Origin: an uncultured Thiotrichales bacterium
GTDB lineage: Bacteria; Pseudomonadota; Gammaproteobacteria; UBA4575
Assembly (NCBI GenBank): GCA_964517365.1
Contig: CAZFEP010000001.1
Coordinates: 17,476-50,530 of the forward strand
Direction of reading: 5' to 3'
DNA length: 33,055 nucleotides
The notes beneath the pieces were generated by a model, which worked only from the letters and a program-made list of their open reading frames with translations, was not told the origin of the DNA and did not search any database. Position 1 is the first letter of the stretch. Each line of letters begins with the position of its first letter. Below are positions 8,395 through 18,242 of this stretch, piece by piece. The position numbers were made by a program, and so were the translations under genes.

Positions 8395-9309
8395 ATGAAC
8401 ATTATCATTTTCCCGCGTCCGCAAACAAATCATATCTATGCAAATTCTCCGCATGGCTTTAGCTTTAACAGAATTGGAGTTTTTCTGGGCTTGATGGCGC
8501 TTTCTGCTGTACTACTGGGCGGGGGTTATTTGTTAGGAATTTCATTCGGCCACAAGACTATCTTGAGCGAATGGAAAGAGGATGTGAGTACACAGAAAGA
8601 GCGGTTGAATACTGCCAAACGAGAAAGTGAAATTCATGTTGATGCATTGACCACTAAGGTTGGTTTATTGCAGGCGCATGTGAACCGTATTGATGCGTTA
8701 GGGAATATGTTGGTGAGTATGGCTGGGCTCGAAGCAGATGAATTCAGTTTTGATTCAGTTCCCGGTGTAGGGGGTCCAAATGCCTCTAATGAATCGGGTG
8801 CTAATGTGGATATGGAAATTGATGCGGTACTTGGAAGATTGAATAAAGAAATATCGAATCGTGAGCACCAGTTGCGTGTACTTAACGACTTGCTCATTGA
8901 TGAAAAGCTAGAGCAGGAAACGCGCCCACAAGGTCGGCCAGTGATACATGGTTGGATATCATCTTATTTTGGTAAGCGCACAAGTCCTTTCACCGGCAAG
9001 ACGGAAACGCATAAAGGTGTTGATTTTGCAGGAAAAGCTGGCAATGACGTAGTATCCGTAGCGGGTGGAGTGGTTACTTTTGCAGCGGATAAAGGCGGCT
9101 ATGGCTACTTAGTCGAGATAGATCACGGGAATGGTTATATTACCCGATATGGGCATAATCAAATGATCCATGTACAAGTAGGTGAGGCGATCAAACGTGG
9201 CCAGGTGATCGCAAAACTTGGCAGTACGGGCCGCTCAACAGGCCCACATGTACACTTTGAGGTTATTAAGGATGGTGTGCGCATTGATCCAATGAAGTTC
9301 GTTGAATAA
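8395..9309 (+). CDS. M23/LytM-family peptidoglycan metalloendopeptidase with N-terminal TM and coiled-coil region
   Basis: The C-terminal LytM domain has all metal/catalytic motifs intact: THKGVDFAG (HxxxD), YGHN, GPHVHFEV (HxH). There is an N-terminal TM (IGVFLGLMALSAVLLGGGYLLGI) followed by a heptad-like region. Confidence 0.85.
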   Translation: MNIIIFPRPQTNHIYANSPHGFSFNRIGVFLGLMALSAVLLGGGYLLGISFGHKTILSEWKEDVSTQKERLNTAKRESEIHVDALTTKVGLLQAHVNRIDALGNMLVSMAGLEADEFSFDSVPGVGGPNASNESGANVDMEIDAVLGRLNKEISNREHQLRVLNDLLIDEKLEQETRPQGRPVIHGWISSYFGKRTSPFTGKTETHKGVDFAGKAGNDVVSVAGGVVTFAADKGGYGYLVEIDHGNGYITRYGHNQMIHVQVGEAIKRGQVIAKLGSTGRSTGPHVHFEVIKDGVRIDPMKFVE

Positions 9310-9419
9310 TAGGTTATATAGAGTACTTTAATTTAAATTAGCAGCTGTAAGACTCCTTTATGCTGCTCATATTACCCAGCAGCTAGTGTATAATTCACAA
9401 CGTTGCACAAGAGTAAATT

Positions 9420-9445
9420 CCCAGAGCTATATCCCAGAGCCATAT
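9420..9445. repeat. tandem 13-bp repeat x2 in the secA leader region
   Basis: CCCAGAGCTATAT (9420-9432) is immediately followed by CCCAGAGCCATAT (9433-9445), with one mismatch. Read directly from the sequence. Confidence 0.9.
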
Positions 9446-9582
9446 CTTTGTTAAAATTTATATTTATTCCTTCTAATGCTTGTATTGATGGATTGTTTTT
9501 TGTTTTAGTCTTGATTGTATATTGACTAGGCAAGCTGTACCAACTCACTTTTTCTAATAATTAATAATTACTTACCATAAAT

Positions 9583-12303
9583 ATGTTTCGAAAGGTTACA
9601 AATAAGTTGTTTGGAAGTCGCAATCAGCGCCTGGTTGGTCAATATGCTAAAGCCGTTAAAAGAACTAACGACTTGGAAGCATCTTATCAATCACTAAGCG
9701 ACGATGAGTTAAAAGATAAAACTACAGAATTTCGAAAGCTATTAGAGGGTGGAACAACCTTAGATGAGATCCTTCCTGACGCATTTGCAACCGTAAGAGA
9801 AGCTGCAATGCGAGTGCTGGGGATGCGTCATTTTGATGTGCAACTTATCGGTGGCATGGTTTTAAACGATGGAAAGATTTCCGAGATGCGTACTGGCGAA
9901 GGAAAAACATTAGTAGCTACCTTGCCTGTATATTTAAATGCACTTTCAGGTAAAGGTGCGCATGTTGTCACTGTAAATGACTATTTGGCGAAACGTGATG
10001 CAGAGTGGATGGGTCAGGTTTATCAGTTTCTTGGTTTGAGTGTAGGTGTCGTGACTGGTGGCATGATGCATGAAGAAAAAAAACAAGCTTATGCAGCAGA
10101 TATTACTTACGGCACAAATAATGAATTTGGCTTTGATTACTTGCGCGATAACATGGAGTTTTCGATAGAAGGTTGTGTGCAGCGTGAATTGAATTTTGCT
10201 GTAGTAGATGAAGTCGATTCTATTCTGATTGATGAAGCCAGAACACCATTGATTATTTCCGGCCCTAGTGGTGAGCATTCAGAGATGTATATCGCCATCA
10301 ATAAGCTGGTTCCAAAGTTAGTGGTTCAGGAAGAGGAAGATGGGCCAGGTGATTACAGTGTTGATGAGAAAAGCAGGCAAATCCATCTTACAGAAGAAGG
10401 TCACCAGAATATTGAGGATTTGTTAGCAGGGCAAAATTTACTGGGTGATGGTGAAACACTGTATGACACTACTAATATAAGTCTATTGCATCATGTGAAC
10501 GCAGCCTTACGAGCACATACCTTATTCCAAAAAGATGTAGATTACATAGTACAAGAAGGGCAAGTTGTCATTGTAGATGAGTTTACGGGTCGTACCATGC
10601 CAGGGCGACGTTGGTCAGATGGCTTGCATCAAGCTGTTGAAGCTAAAGAAGGGATGAAGATTCAGAATGAGAATCAAACGCTAGCTTCGATTACATTTCA
10701 AAATTACTTTCGTCTTTATAATAAGCTTTCAGGTATGACTGGTACTGCAGATACTGAAGCATTTGAATTCGAGTCTATCTATGGCTTGGAAGTGGTTGTC
10801 ATACCTACGCATCGGGACATGGTTCGTAATGATATGGGTGATTTGGTTTACCTGACGTTAAATGAAAAATATGAAGCCATCATTGAAGATATAAAAGATT
10901 GTGTGCAGCGTGGGCAACCTGTTTTGGTTGGCACAACTTCAATTGAATCTTCTGAACTTATTTCTAATGTTCTTAATAAGTCAAATATTGAACATCAAGT
11001 GTTGAATGCAAAGCAGCATGAAAAAGAATCACAAATCATTACCCAGGCAGGTATGGCAAGCAAGGTGACGATTGCAACCAATATGGCCGGTCGTGGAACC
11101 GATATTGTGTTAGGTGGCAGCCTGGAAGCAGAGTTACAACAACTTGAAGATGCTGGAAGTACAGATGCCGTTAAAGCAGCTTGGCAATTAAGGCATGATG
11201 CGGTACTTGAATCGGGTGGTTTGCATATTATTGGTACGGAGCGACATGAGTCACGCCGTATTGATAATCAATTGAGAGGTCGTTCTGGGCGACAGGGCGA
11301 TACTGGTTCAACGCGTTTTTATCTTTCTATGGAAGATAACTTGATGAGAATATTTGCATCCGACAAGGTTCGAGGATTGATGCAGAAATTAGGTATGCAG
11401 GAGGGAGAGTCAATTGAGCATCCGTGGGTATCTAAAGCGATTGAAAATGCTCAGCGTAAAGTAGAAGCGCATAACTTTGATATTCGTAAAAATCTTCTTG
11501 AGTATGATGACGTCGCAAATGATCAACGTAAGGTTGTTTATGAGCAGAGGCGTGATCTTATGTTGGAGGAGGATATTTCCGAAAATTTATCGGCTATACG
11601 AGAAGACGTTGTGGAAGCGGCAATTAGTGTGTATTTGCCTGCGGGTAGTATGGATGAGCAATGGGACATTGAGGGTTTGACCAATGCGTTTAAAACTGAC
11701 TTTGGGTTAACGTTTCCAATTCAACAATGGCTTGATGATGATGACAAGGTTGCTGAAGATGAAATACGCGAAAGAATTCATCAGCGTGTAGAAAAATTAT
11801 TCCAAGAGAAGCAAGACCGAGTCGGTGCAGAAGTTATGCGCAGACTTGAGAAAGATATGATGTTGAAGGTATTGGATAATCGATGGAAAGAACACCTTGC
11901 TGCTATGGATTATTTGCGCCAGGGCATTGGTCTGCGTGGCTATGCACAGAAAAACCCTAAACAAGAGTATAAGCGAGAAGCTTTTACCATGTTTCAAGAG
12001 ATGCTTGAGCAGATTAAGAGTGAAACAATATCATTAATTTCTAGAGTAGAGTTACCCACGCTTGAGGAGATTAAGGCTATGGAAGCTGCCCAGCAGGTTC
12101 CTGATAATATTCAATACCAGCATGCTCAAGCGGATGATGTTTTGAACCCTGAGCAAGCGCAGCAACAAGCTATGCCTCCTCAAGCAGAAGCTCAACCTAA
12201 GCAAGCACCCTTTAAGCGCCCGGATAAGAAACTAGGTCGTAACGACCCATGTCATTGTGGTTCTGGCAAGAAATTTAAACAATGTCATGGAAAGTTAACC
12301 TAA
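9583..12303 (+). CDS. secA: preprotein translocase ATPase SecA
   Basis: 906 aa with motor motifs [44 protein letters not shown], and the C-terminal zinc-binding [14 protein letters not shown]. Confidence 0.97.
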   Translation: MFRKVTNKLFGSRNQRLVGQYAKAVKRTNDLEASYQSLSDDELKDKTTEFRKLLEGGTTLDEILPDAFATVREAAMRVLGMRHFDVQLIGGMVLNDGKISEMRTGEGKTLVATLPVYLNALSGKGAHVVTVNDYLAKRDAEWMGQVYQFLGLSVGVVTGGMMHEEKKQAYAADITYGTNNEFGFDYLRDNMEFSIEGCVQRELNFAVVDEVDSILIDEARTPLIISGPSGEHSEMYIAINKLVPKLVVQEEEDGPGDYSVDEKSRQIHLTEEGHQNIEDLLAGQNLLGDGETLYDTTNISLLHHVNAALRAHTLFQKDVDYIVQEGQVVIVDEFTGRTMPGRRWSDGLHQAVEAKEGMKIQNENQTLASITFQNYFRLYNKLSGMTGTADTEAFEFESIYGLEVVVIPTHRDMVRNDMGDLVYLTLNEKYEAIIEDIKDCVQRGQPVLVGTTSIESSELISNVLNKSNIEHQVLNAKQHEKESQIITQAGMASKVTIATNMAGRGTDIVLGGSLEAELQQLEDAGSTDAVKAAWQLRHDAVLESGGLHIIGTERHESRRIDNQLRGRSGRQGDTGSTRFYLSMEDNLMRIFASDKVRGLMQKLGMQEGESIEHPWVSKAIENAQRKVEAHNFDIRKNLLEYDDVANDQRKVVYEQRRDLMLEEDISENLSAIREDVVEAAISVYLPAGSMDEQWDIEGLTNAFKTDFGLTFPIQQWLDDDDKVAEDEIRERIHQRVEKLFQEKQDRVGAEVMRRLEKDMMLKVLDNRWKEHLAAMDYLRQGIGLRGYAQKNPKQEYKREAFTMFQEMLEQIKSETISLISRVELPTLEEIKAMEAAQQVPDNIQYQHAQADDVLNPEQAQQQAMPPQAEAQPKQAPFKRPDKKLGRNDPCHCGSGKKFKQCHGKLT

Positions 12304-12375
12304 GTTACAATATTGAATTATTTAAAAAATATTATTTGCTTTTTATGATGCCCATGAAAAAAGCTGTTCTTAACT

Positions 12376-13593
12376 ATGGCGATCTCATTACTACCCCCCA
12401 CTAAACTTCTTCCAATAGCAGGTGTAAAAGTTTCCACCCAATCTGCAGGTATTAGGTATCAAGAAAGAGAAGACCTTGTTTTGCTAGAGTTGTCAGAAGG
12501 CACTTCTACTGCAGTAATGCTAACTAAAAATCAGTTTTGTGCAGCTCCTGTCGAGGTTACACGATCACACTTAAAGTTATCAAAGCCAAAATATTTGTTA
12601 ATTAATTCTGGTAATGCTAATGCGGGGCGAGGTAAGCAAGGCCTTGCTGACGCAAAGAGTACCTGTGCTTCTGTTGCAGACAATGCTAACTGTAAACCGT
12701 CTGAAGTTTTACCATTTTCAACAGGTGTAATTGGAGAGCAGCTTCCTGTAGAAAAAATTGAAAGTGTATTGCCAGCACTATTGGGTAATCTTAAGAGAGA
12801 TGGTTGGTTAGAGGCTGCTCATGCAATCATGACAACTGATACTGTCGCTAAAGGTTTTTCCGAGCAGTTGGAATTGGATGACAACATAATCTCAATTACA
12901 GGTATTGCTAAAGGTTCTGGTATGATCCGGCCTGATATGGCTACCATGCTTGCATATGTGGCTACTGATTTGATAATTGATGATCAAGTATTAAATGAAA
13001 TGATACATCATGCTGTTGAGCAATCATTTCATCGTATTACAGTAGATAGTGATACTTCTACAAATGACTCATGTGTGTTGATTGCAACGGGAGAATCTAA
13101 TCTGCAATTCGATAATCTTTCAGAACAAGCTAAAGAAAGTTTTATCAATACACTGAATTCTATTTTTCTAAAGCTTGCTCAAGCTATCGTGCGGGATGGT
13201 GAAGGAGCAACAAAATATATTACGGTAGTTGTTGAGGGTGCAAAAAGTTTCACTGTTGCACGTGAAGTGGCTTTTGCGGTGGCACATTCTCCACTCGTAA
13301 AAACAGCAGCATTTGCCAGTGACCCTAATTGGGGAAGAATTCTAGCGGCTGCAGGTAGAGCAACTGAAGAGCCAATGAATATGAAAAATATATCCTTACT
13401 GATCAATGATTTAAAGGTAATTGACCGCGGGGAGATGTCTGAAAATTATTATGAGGAAAATGGCCAAAAAGAGATGCAGAAAGAAGAAATAGAGTATCGA
13501 TTACAACTTGGGGCGGGTGGCTCTACTATAACAATTTGGACAACAGATCTGTCACATGAATATATAAAAATTAATGCAGAGTACCGCACGTAG
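12376..13593 (+). CDS. argJ: bifunctional glutamate N-acetyltransferase / amino-acid acetyltransferase ArgJ
   Basis: ArgJ family with the self-cleavage site context KGSGMIRPDMA-TMLAYVATD, a length of 405 aa, and the C-terminal INAEYRT. Confidence 0.93.
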   Translation: MAISLLPPTKLLPIAGVKVSTQSAGIRYQEREDLVLLELSEGTSTAVMLTKNQFCAAPVEVTRSHLKLSKPKYLLINSGNANAGRGKQGLADAKSTCASVADNANCKPSEVLPFSTGVIGEQLPVEKIESVLPALLGNLKRDGWLEAAHAIMTTDTVAKGFSEQLELDDNIISITGIAKGSGMIRPDMATMLAYVATDLIIDDQVLNEMIHHAVEQSFHRITVDSDTSTNDSCVLIATGESNLQFDNLSEQAKESFINTLNSIFLKLAQAIVRDGEGATKYITVVVEGAKSFTVAREVAFAVAHSPLVKTAAFASDPNWGRILAAAGRATEEPMNMKNISLLINDLKVIDRGEMSENYYEENGQKEMQKEEIEYRLQLGAGGSTITIWTTDLSHEYIKINAEYRT

Positions 13594-13640
13594 TGCAATC
13601 TATCTAAATAATATTATGTTGACTAATTCGTTATAGTCTA

Positions 13641-14609
13641 ATGAGTTTACGTTCTGATAAAAACTATATTCATGTTGTTATTGGAGTTATTTTAAATAAA
13701 AAACAAGAATGCTTGCTCAGTAGAAGAAAGTTAGATGCCCATTTAGGCGGTTTGCTAGAATTCCCTGGAGGTAAGGTTGAAGAGCAAGAGTCAGCTGAAA
13801 ATGCATTGCGTCGAGAGTTATTGGAGGAAGTGGGTATTTTTGCATCCAGTTTTACACCATTAATTCAAATACCATATTCATACGCTGATCGAGACATATT
13901 ATTAAATGTTTTTTTAGTTGATGCTTTTACCGGCAGTTTGGAAGCGCAAGAAGGGCAAGAGGTGTTTTGGAAAAGTATTGCATCGTTGAAAGTTGGTGAT
14001 TTCCCGGCTGCAAATTTTGGCGTGTTGCGAGCATTACAACTTCCTAAAATATTCCCAATCACGCCCAACTACTCTATAGATCCTGAAAACTATTTGATTA
14101 GTTTTGAGAAAATTCTATGTAGAAAAGAAATTCATATTATACAACTCCGGTCACATGAACTTGATGATTCAGAGTATTTGAAGCTTGCTAAAAATTGTGC
14201 TGACTTATGTAAAAAATATAATGTCACATTGGTTTTTAATAGAGAAATTGAAATTCTAGATGAGATTAATAATGCCAATATTCATTTAACGAGTTGTAGG
14301 TTACTTGAAACTACAAAGAAACCATCTATTGGTCAAAACATAGTGGGAGCTTCCTGTCATAATCTAAATGAGGTTCAGCATGCTAATGTACTTGGATTAG
14401 ATTATATAATTTTGGGTCCTGTTATAGAGAAAAGCACTGTTGCAAAGAGTATCAGTCTAGGATGGGATGGTTTTGCTGAGCTTGCAAAAGCAGCTTTAAT
14501 GCCTGTTTATGCAATTGGTGGTTTGGGTATAAATGATGAAAGTAAATGTGTCATGAGTGGTGGGCAAGGTATTGCTGCTATTAGGGGCGTTTGGGGTGTT
14601 AGTGATTAA
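13641..14609 (+). CDS. mutT: Nudix hydrolase (MutT-like) fused to a ThiE/TenI-like TMP-synthase-fold domain
   Basis: The N-terminal half carries the Nudix box GGLLEFPGGKVEEQESAENALRRELLEEVGI. The C-terminal half has ThiE/TenI-type elements (IIQLRSHEL, VFNREIEIL, VGASCHNLNEV, DYIILGPVIEKS, VYAIGGLG). The same fusion occupies this position downstream of secA-argJ in Pseudomonas, as I recall. Confidence 0.8.
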   Translation: MSLRSDKNYIHVVIGVILNKKQECLLSRRKLDAHLGGLLEFPGGKVEEQESAENALRRELLEEVGIFASSFTPLIQIPYSYADRDILLNVFLVDAFTGSLEAQEGQEVFWKSIASLKVGDFPAANFGVLRALQLPKIFPITPNYSIDPENYLISFEKILCRKEIHIIQLRSHELDDSEYLKLAKNCADLCKKYNVTLVFNREIEILDEINNANIHLTSCRLLETTKKPSIGQNIVGASCHNLNEVQHANVLGLDYIILGPVIEKSTVAKSISLGWDGFAELAKAALMPVYAIGGLGINDESKCVMSGGQGIAAIRGVWGVSD

Positions 14610-14620
14610 GATACCGTTCC

Positions 14621-15436
14621 TTAAAAAGTACAGCAAGCAAGTCTAAACCCAACATCTAATCCAGCTTGCTTGGGCGTAGTATTAGGATTGTCTTGCGATA
14701 AAAAGCGAATAGAAAAACGATGTTTACCGGCACTACATTCAGGAAAGAAATTATCTTTTCTAGTGATTGCGATGCGAATTAATTGATTGGGGGCATTGGG
14801 GTCTAGGTTTTGGTCGTAAAAGCCATTAGTAGCCGTTTTGTCAATATATTGAGAGCTCTCTCTAATTAAGTGCAGTGCTTGATTAACGCTTTCTTCGACA
14901 ATTTCAAAGGGTGTGATCCATTCCATTAGATCTTTGTTGCGATGTTTGAACGGTAGCTCAAGCCAATGATGATACTCAGGTAGATCGAAGTCACAAGTGC
15001 CGCCAGGGATTACTGCACGTTGTTTAATACTATTTATAAAATCATTTTCTTTTAAGTGATTGCCAATTTGGCCGCGTACAGTATGCAAGCGGTCAAATAT
15101 ATTCTTATGCTTGGTTAATATTTCTGTTAGTTTTTTTGTGTTTAGTTTGGGTTTATTTGCAAGTTGTTCAAGTGTATCAATTTGACGTTTTAATTCTTTT
15201 AATAATTCTTGCTTAAGGTCGCCACGAGATACAAGGCTAAGAACTTCTATTAGTGCTAATAAAGCTGCGTGAGAGTCTGAGGAACTATCTTGCTTGACAA
15301 AAAATAAAAAGCGACGTGTTAGCTCTTCATACCGCAAAAACGTGCGCATGCGTTCATTTAGCGGTTGCTCATAGCAGATCTCACTATAAGTACCAGTGGA
15401 ATCTGAGGTCGGTTTTGTATCAGGATGCATGATCAA
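14621..15436 (-). CDS. zapD: cell division protein ZapD (YacF family)
   Basis: Collinear with E. coli ZapD from memory: YEQPLNERMRTFLRYE, LKELKRQ, IPGGTCDFDLPEYHHWL, TNGFYDQN, GKHRFSIRF, FRLACC. The track start at 15436 is a TTG, and an ATG two codons downstream (15430) is equally plausible. It lies upstream of coaE's partner position, as in E. coli. Confidence 0.85.
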   Translation of the reverse strand: MIMHPDTKPTSDSTGTYSEICYEQPLNERMRTFLRYEELTRRFLFFVKQDSSSDSHAALLALIEVLSLVSRGDLKQELLKELKRQIDTLEQLANKPKLNTKKLTEILTKHKNIFDRLHTVRGQIGNHLKENDFINSIKQRAVIPGGTCDFDLPEYHHWLELPFKHRNKDLMEWITPFEIVEESVNQALHLIRESSQYIDKTATNGFYDQNLDPNAPNQLIRIAITRKDNFFPECSAGKHRFSIRFLSQDNPNTTPKQAGLDVGFRLACCTF

Positions 15437-15439
15437 TTT

Positions 15440-16048
15440 TTATGTTGATTTAATTAGATTGCTGAGTTCAATATATTTTTTATGTAGTAAGAAAATTTTG
15501 TCTTTTACATCTGGGATGCTACCACTATTTTCAATAATATCATCTGCTAAAGATAGGCGGCTAGTGCGATCAATTTGTGTGCCGATAATTTTTCTGACAT
15601 GTTCTTCTTTGCACCGATCACGTTCTACTACACGTAAAATTTGTTCTTCAATTGTACAGTCTACGACTAGAATACGATCAAGAAATTTAGTTTGTTCTTT
15701 TTCGAATAATAGTGGAATAACAACCATGCAATAAGGAGAGTCCATGCTATCAAGACTTTTTTTTATTTCCTCATAAACAAGAGGATGGAGTATTTTTTCA
15801 AGTGTTATGCGAATTTCGGCGTCGGTAAATATGGCTTCCCTGAGTTTTTTTCGTAGTAGAAGGTTATTCTCATCGAGATACTCTGGTCCAAGTTGCTTGG
15901 ATATCTTATCAAGTACCACCCTTGTCTGGGTAAGTTTGCGAGAAATAACATCTGCATCAATGACGGGCGTATGATAGAGATCTTGAAATAGGTCAGATAC
16001 AAGACTTTTGCCGCATCCTATTCCGCCTGTGACGCCTACTACCAGCAT
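15440..16048 (-). CDS. coaE: dephospho-CoA kinase
   Basis: N-terminal P-loop VGVTGGIGCGKS, about 200 aa, located between pilD and zapD as in many gammaproteobacteria. Confidence 0.9.
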   Translation of the reverse strand: MLVVGVTGGIGCGKSLVSDLFQDLYHTPVIDADVISRKLTQTRVVLDKISKQLGPEYLDENNLLLRKKLREAIFTDAEIRITLEKILHPLVYEEIKKSLDSMDSPYCMVVIPLLFEKEQTKFLDRILVVDCTIEEQILRVVERDRCKEEHVRKIIGTQIDRTSRLSLADDIIENSGSIPDVKDKIFLLHKKYIELSNLIKST

Positions 16049-16066
16049 AGTTGCTTATGGGGGTGA

Positions 16067-16951
16067 TTATATTATCTTGTTTAAATACAAAGCCATGAGT
16101 TGTTCACCGTACATCATAGCAATCCATCCTGCTATGGCTAAATAAGGACCGAAAGGAATGGGCTGACTGCGCTCTTGTAATTTGGAGACAATCATAAAGA
16201 TTCCAATCACTGCACCAGCAGCAGAGGAAAGTAGGATAACCAGCGGAAGACTTTGCCAGCCTAACCAAGCGCCGAGTGCTGCGAGTAATTTAAAGTCTCC
16301 GTATCCCATGCCTTCCTTGCCAGTAATGAGCTTGAATAGGTGAAACACTAACCATAGAGACAGGTAACCAAAAATAGCGCCGAGTACGCTTGATTGTAGG
16401 TCGGTGTATGTATTAAAGAGGTTGAATGCAATTCCTAGCCATACTAATGGCAAGGTTAGGTTGTCTGGCAGAAGTTGGGTTTTTATATCAATGCCGCTAA
16501 GTGCTATTAAAAACCAAGTAAAAAGTACTCCACCTAGTGCCTGTGTGCTGAAGCCATATTTCCAGACTATGGCGATGGTGAGAATCGCTGTTAGTAATTC
16601 AACTAAAGGATACTGAATAGAAATTTTTATACCGCAACCACTGCATTTTCCCTTTAAGAACATGTAACTAATAATTGGTATATTCTCAATGGCTCTAACT
16701 TGGTGATTGCATGCAGGGCAGTGCGACCTGGGTACACTTAAATTATATTTAGGTAGTTCTGCAGGAACGCTTTCAGGGTTAAGAAGTTCTTTGCATTCGC
16801 TTGTCCATTGTCGCTCAAGCATAACGGGTATGCGGTGAATAACGACATTAAGAAAGCTGCCTATAAAAGCACCAATGATAAAACTATAGCTTAGTAACAT
16901 CACAGAGTTATTAGCAATGTGACTCAGGATTGAGTTATCTAAGAAATCCAA
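16067..16951 (-). CDS. pilD: type IV prepilin leader peptidase / N-methyltransferase (A24 family)
   Basis: Cysteine pairs CPACNH and CSGCG lie in the first cytoplasmic loop. Catalytic Asp contexts are SGIDIKTQLLPD and GMGYGDFKLLA. The protein is polytopic. Confidence 0.93.
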   Translation of the reverse strand: MDFLDNSILSHIANNSVMLLSYSFIIGAFIGSFLNVVIHRIPVMLERQWTSECKELLNPESVPAELPKYNLSVPRSHCPACNHQVRAIENIPIISYMFLKGKCSGCGIKISIQYPLVELLTAILTIAIVWKYGFSTQALGGVLFTWFLIALSGIDIKTQLLPDNLTLPLVWLGIAFNLFNTYTDLQSSVLGAIFGYLSLWLVFHLFKLITGKEGMGYGDFKLLAALGAWLGWQSLPLVILLSSAAGAVIGIFMIVSKLQERSQPIPFGPYLAIAGWIAMMYGEQLMALYLNKII

Positions 16952-17011
16952 TGAGGAAATCCAGTTAGGCGATCAAATATTAATTATTGAGTAGAAATGT
17001 CGAAACACTTC

Positions 17012-18238
17012 CTAAACAACAGCGCCCAGCTTGAAGATTGGCAGATACATCGCAACAACTAATCCGCCTACCACTACGCCCAAGATAGCCATAATTAAAG
17101 GTTCTAATAAGCTGCTTAATCCGTCTACCAAGTTATCAACTTCAGCTTCATAAAAATCAGCAACTTTGCCAAGCATTTCATCTAATGATCCTGATTCCTC
17201 ACCGATCGCAACCATCTGCACAACCATATTCGGGAAAAGGTCTGTAGAGCGCATGCTTTGCTGTAGTTGTGTACCTGTAGCCACTTCATCTTTCATGCGA
17301 AGTGTGGCTTGTTCAAAAACTGAATTACCGGTTGCACCTGCGACAGACTGCATGGCTTCAACTAAAGGCACGCCTGCTGCAAACATAGTCGCTAATGTGC
17401 GTGCAAATCTAGCGATAGCAGATTTTTCTAAAATAGCACCAATTACAGGAATCTTCAGGGACGCTTTATCTAAGCCACGCCGCATAGCTGGAGATCGTTG
17501 CTTGGCTGTAATAAATGTAAATACTGCTGCACCAAGACCAAAAAGGACTAACCACCAATATTTCTGCAAAAACTCAGATAAATTGATTACCATCTGAGTA
17601 AAGGCTGGCAGATCAGCGCCAAAGCCCTCGAAAAGTTCTTGGAATTGTGGAACAACGAATAGTAAGAGAATGCCTGAAACGATAAATGCAACAACTAAAA
17701 CAGCGGTTGGATAGAAAAGTGCTTTTTTAACTTTACCTTTCAGCTCTTCAGTTTTTTCTTTATACATTGCAATTTTATCAAGCAATGTCTCAAGTGCACC
17801 AGATTGCTCTCCAGCATCAACCAGATTGCAAAACAAGTCATCAAAATGTTTTGGGTGTTTTTCTAATGCATGGGCCAAAGCAGTCCCTGATTCCACATCG
17901 CCTTTAATGTTTAAAATTAGATCTTGCATGAGAGGCTTTTCGTGGCCTCGTCCTATAATTTCAAAAGCTTGAACAAGCGGTACACCAGCAGCCATCATGG
18001 TTGCCAGTTGTCTCGAGAAAATCGCGATATCTTTTGCATCAATCTTTTTGCCTTTGCCCAATAACGGCTTGGGTTTTTTCTTAACCTTTAGAGGATTGAT
18101 GCCTTGTCGACGTAAATCAGCCTTTAATAAAATTTCATTTGAAGCCTGCGCCTCGCCTTTAACGCGTGTGCCTTTACGGTCTACACCTTCCCATACAAAA
18201 ATAACTGCATTTGGAGTAGTTGCGGTAGCAGTTGCCAT
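17012..18238 (-). CDS. pilC: type IV pilus assembly platform protein PilC (GspF family)
   Basis: 408 aa with a duplicated T2SSF-type domain and three hydrophobic segments, and the typical C terminus LEPLIMAILGVVVGGLVVAMYLPIF. Its start lies 4 bp after the pilB stop. Confidence 0.93.
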   Translation of the reverse strand: MATATATTPNAVIFVWEGVDRKGTRVKGEAQASNEILLKADLRRQGINPLKVKKKPKPLLGKGKKIDAKDIAIFSRQLATMMAAGVPLVQAFEIIGRGHEKPLMQDLILNIKGDVESGTALAHALEKHPKHFDDLFCNLVDAGEQSGALETLLDKIAMYKEKTEELKGKVKKALFYPTAVLVVAFIVSGILLLFVVPQFQELFEGFGADLPAFTQMVINLSEFLQKYWWLVLFGLGAAVFTFITAKQRSPAMRRGLDKASLKIPVIGAILEKSAIARFARTLATMFAAGVPLVEAMQSVAGATGNSVFEQATLRMKDEVATGTQLQQSMRSTDLFPNMVVQMVAIGEESGSLDEMLGKVADFYEAEVDNLVDGLSSLLEPLIMAILGVVVGGLVVAMYLPIFKLGAVV

Positions 18239-18242
18239 AGTG

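Noticed and set aside
9360-9509. SecM-like regulatory leader peptide upstream of secA
   Set aside because: Only 8- and 10-codon ORFs without ribosome-binding sites are present, with nothing resembling a secreted arrest peptide.
17166-17597. 143-aa plus-strand ORF inside pilC, plus 17997-18266, 19054-19314 and 19402-19788 inside pilC/pilB
   Set aside because: They are antisense shadows of well-supported pil genes. They are Ser-rich and low-complexity (for example SSISDSPLSSNSSSPL), with no start context.
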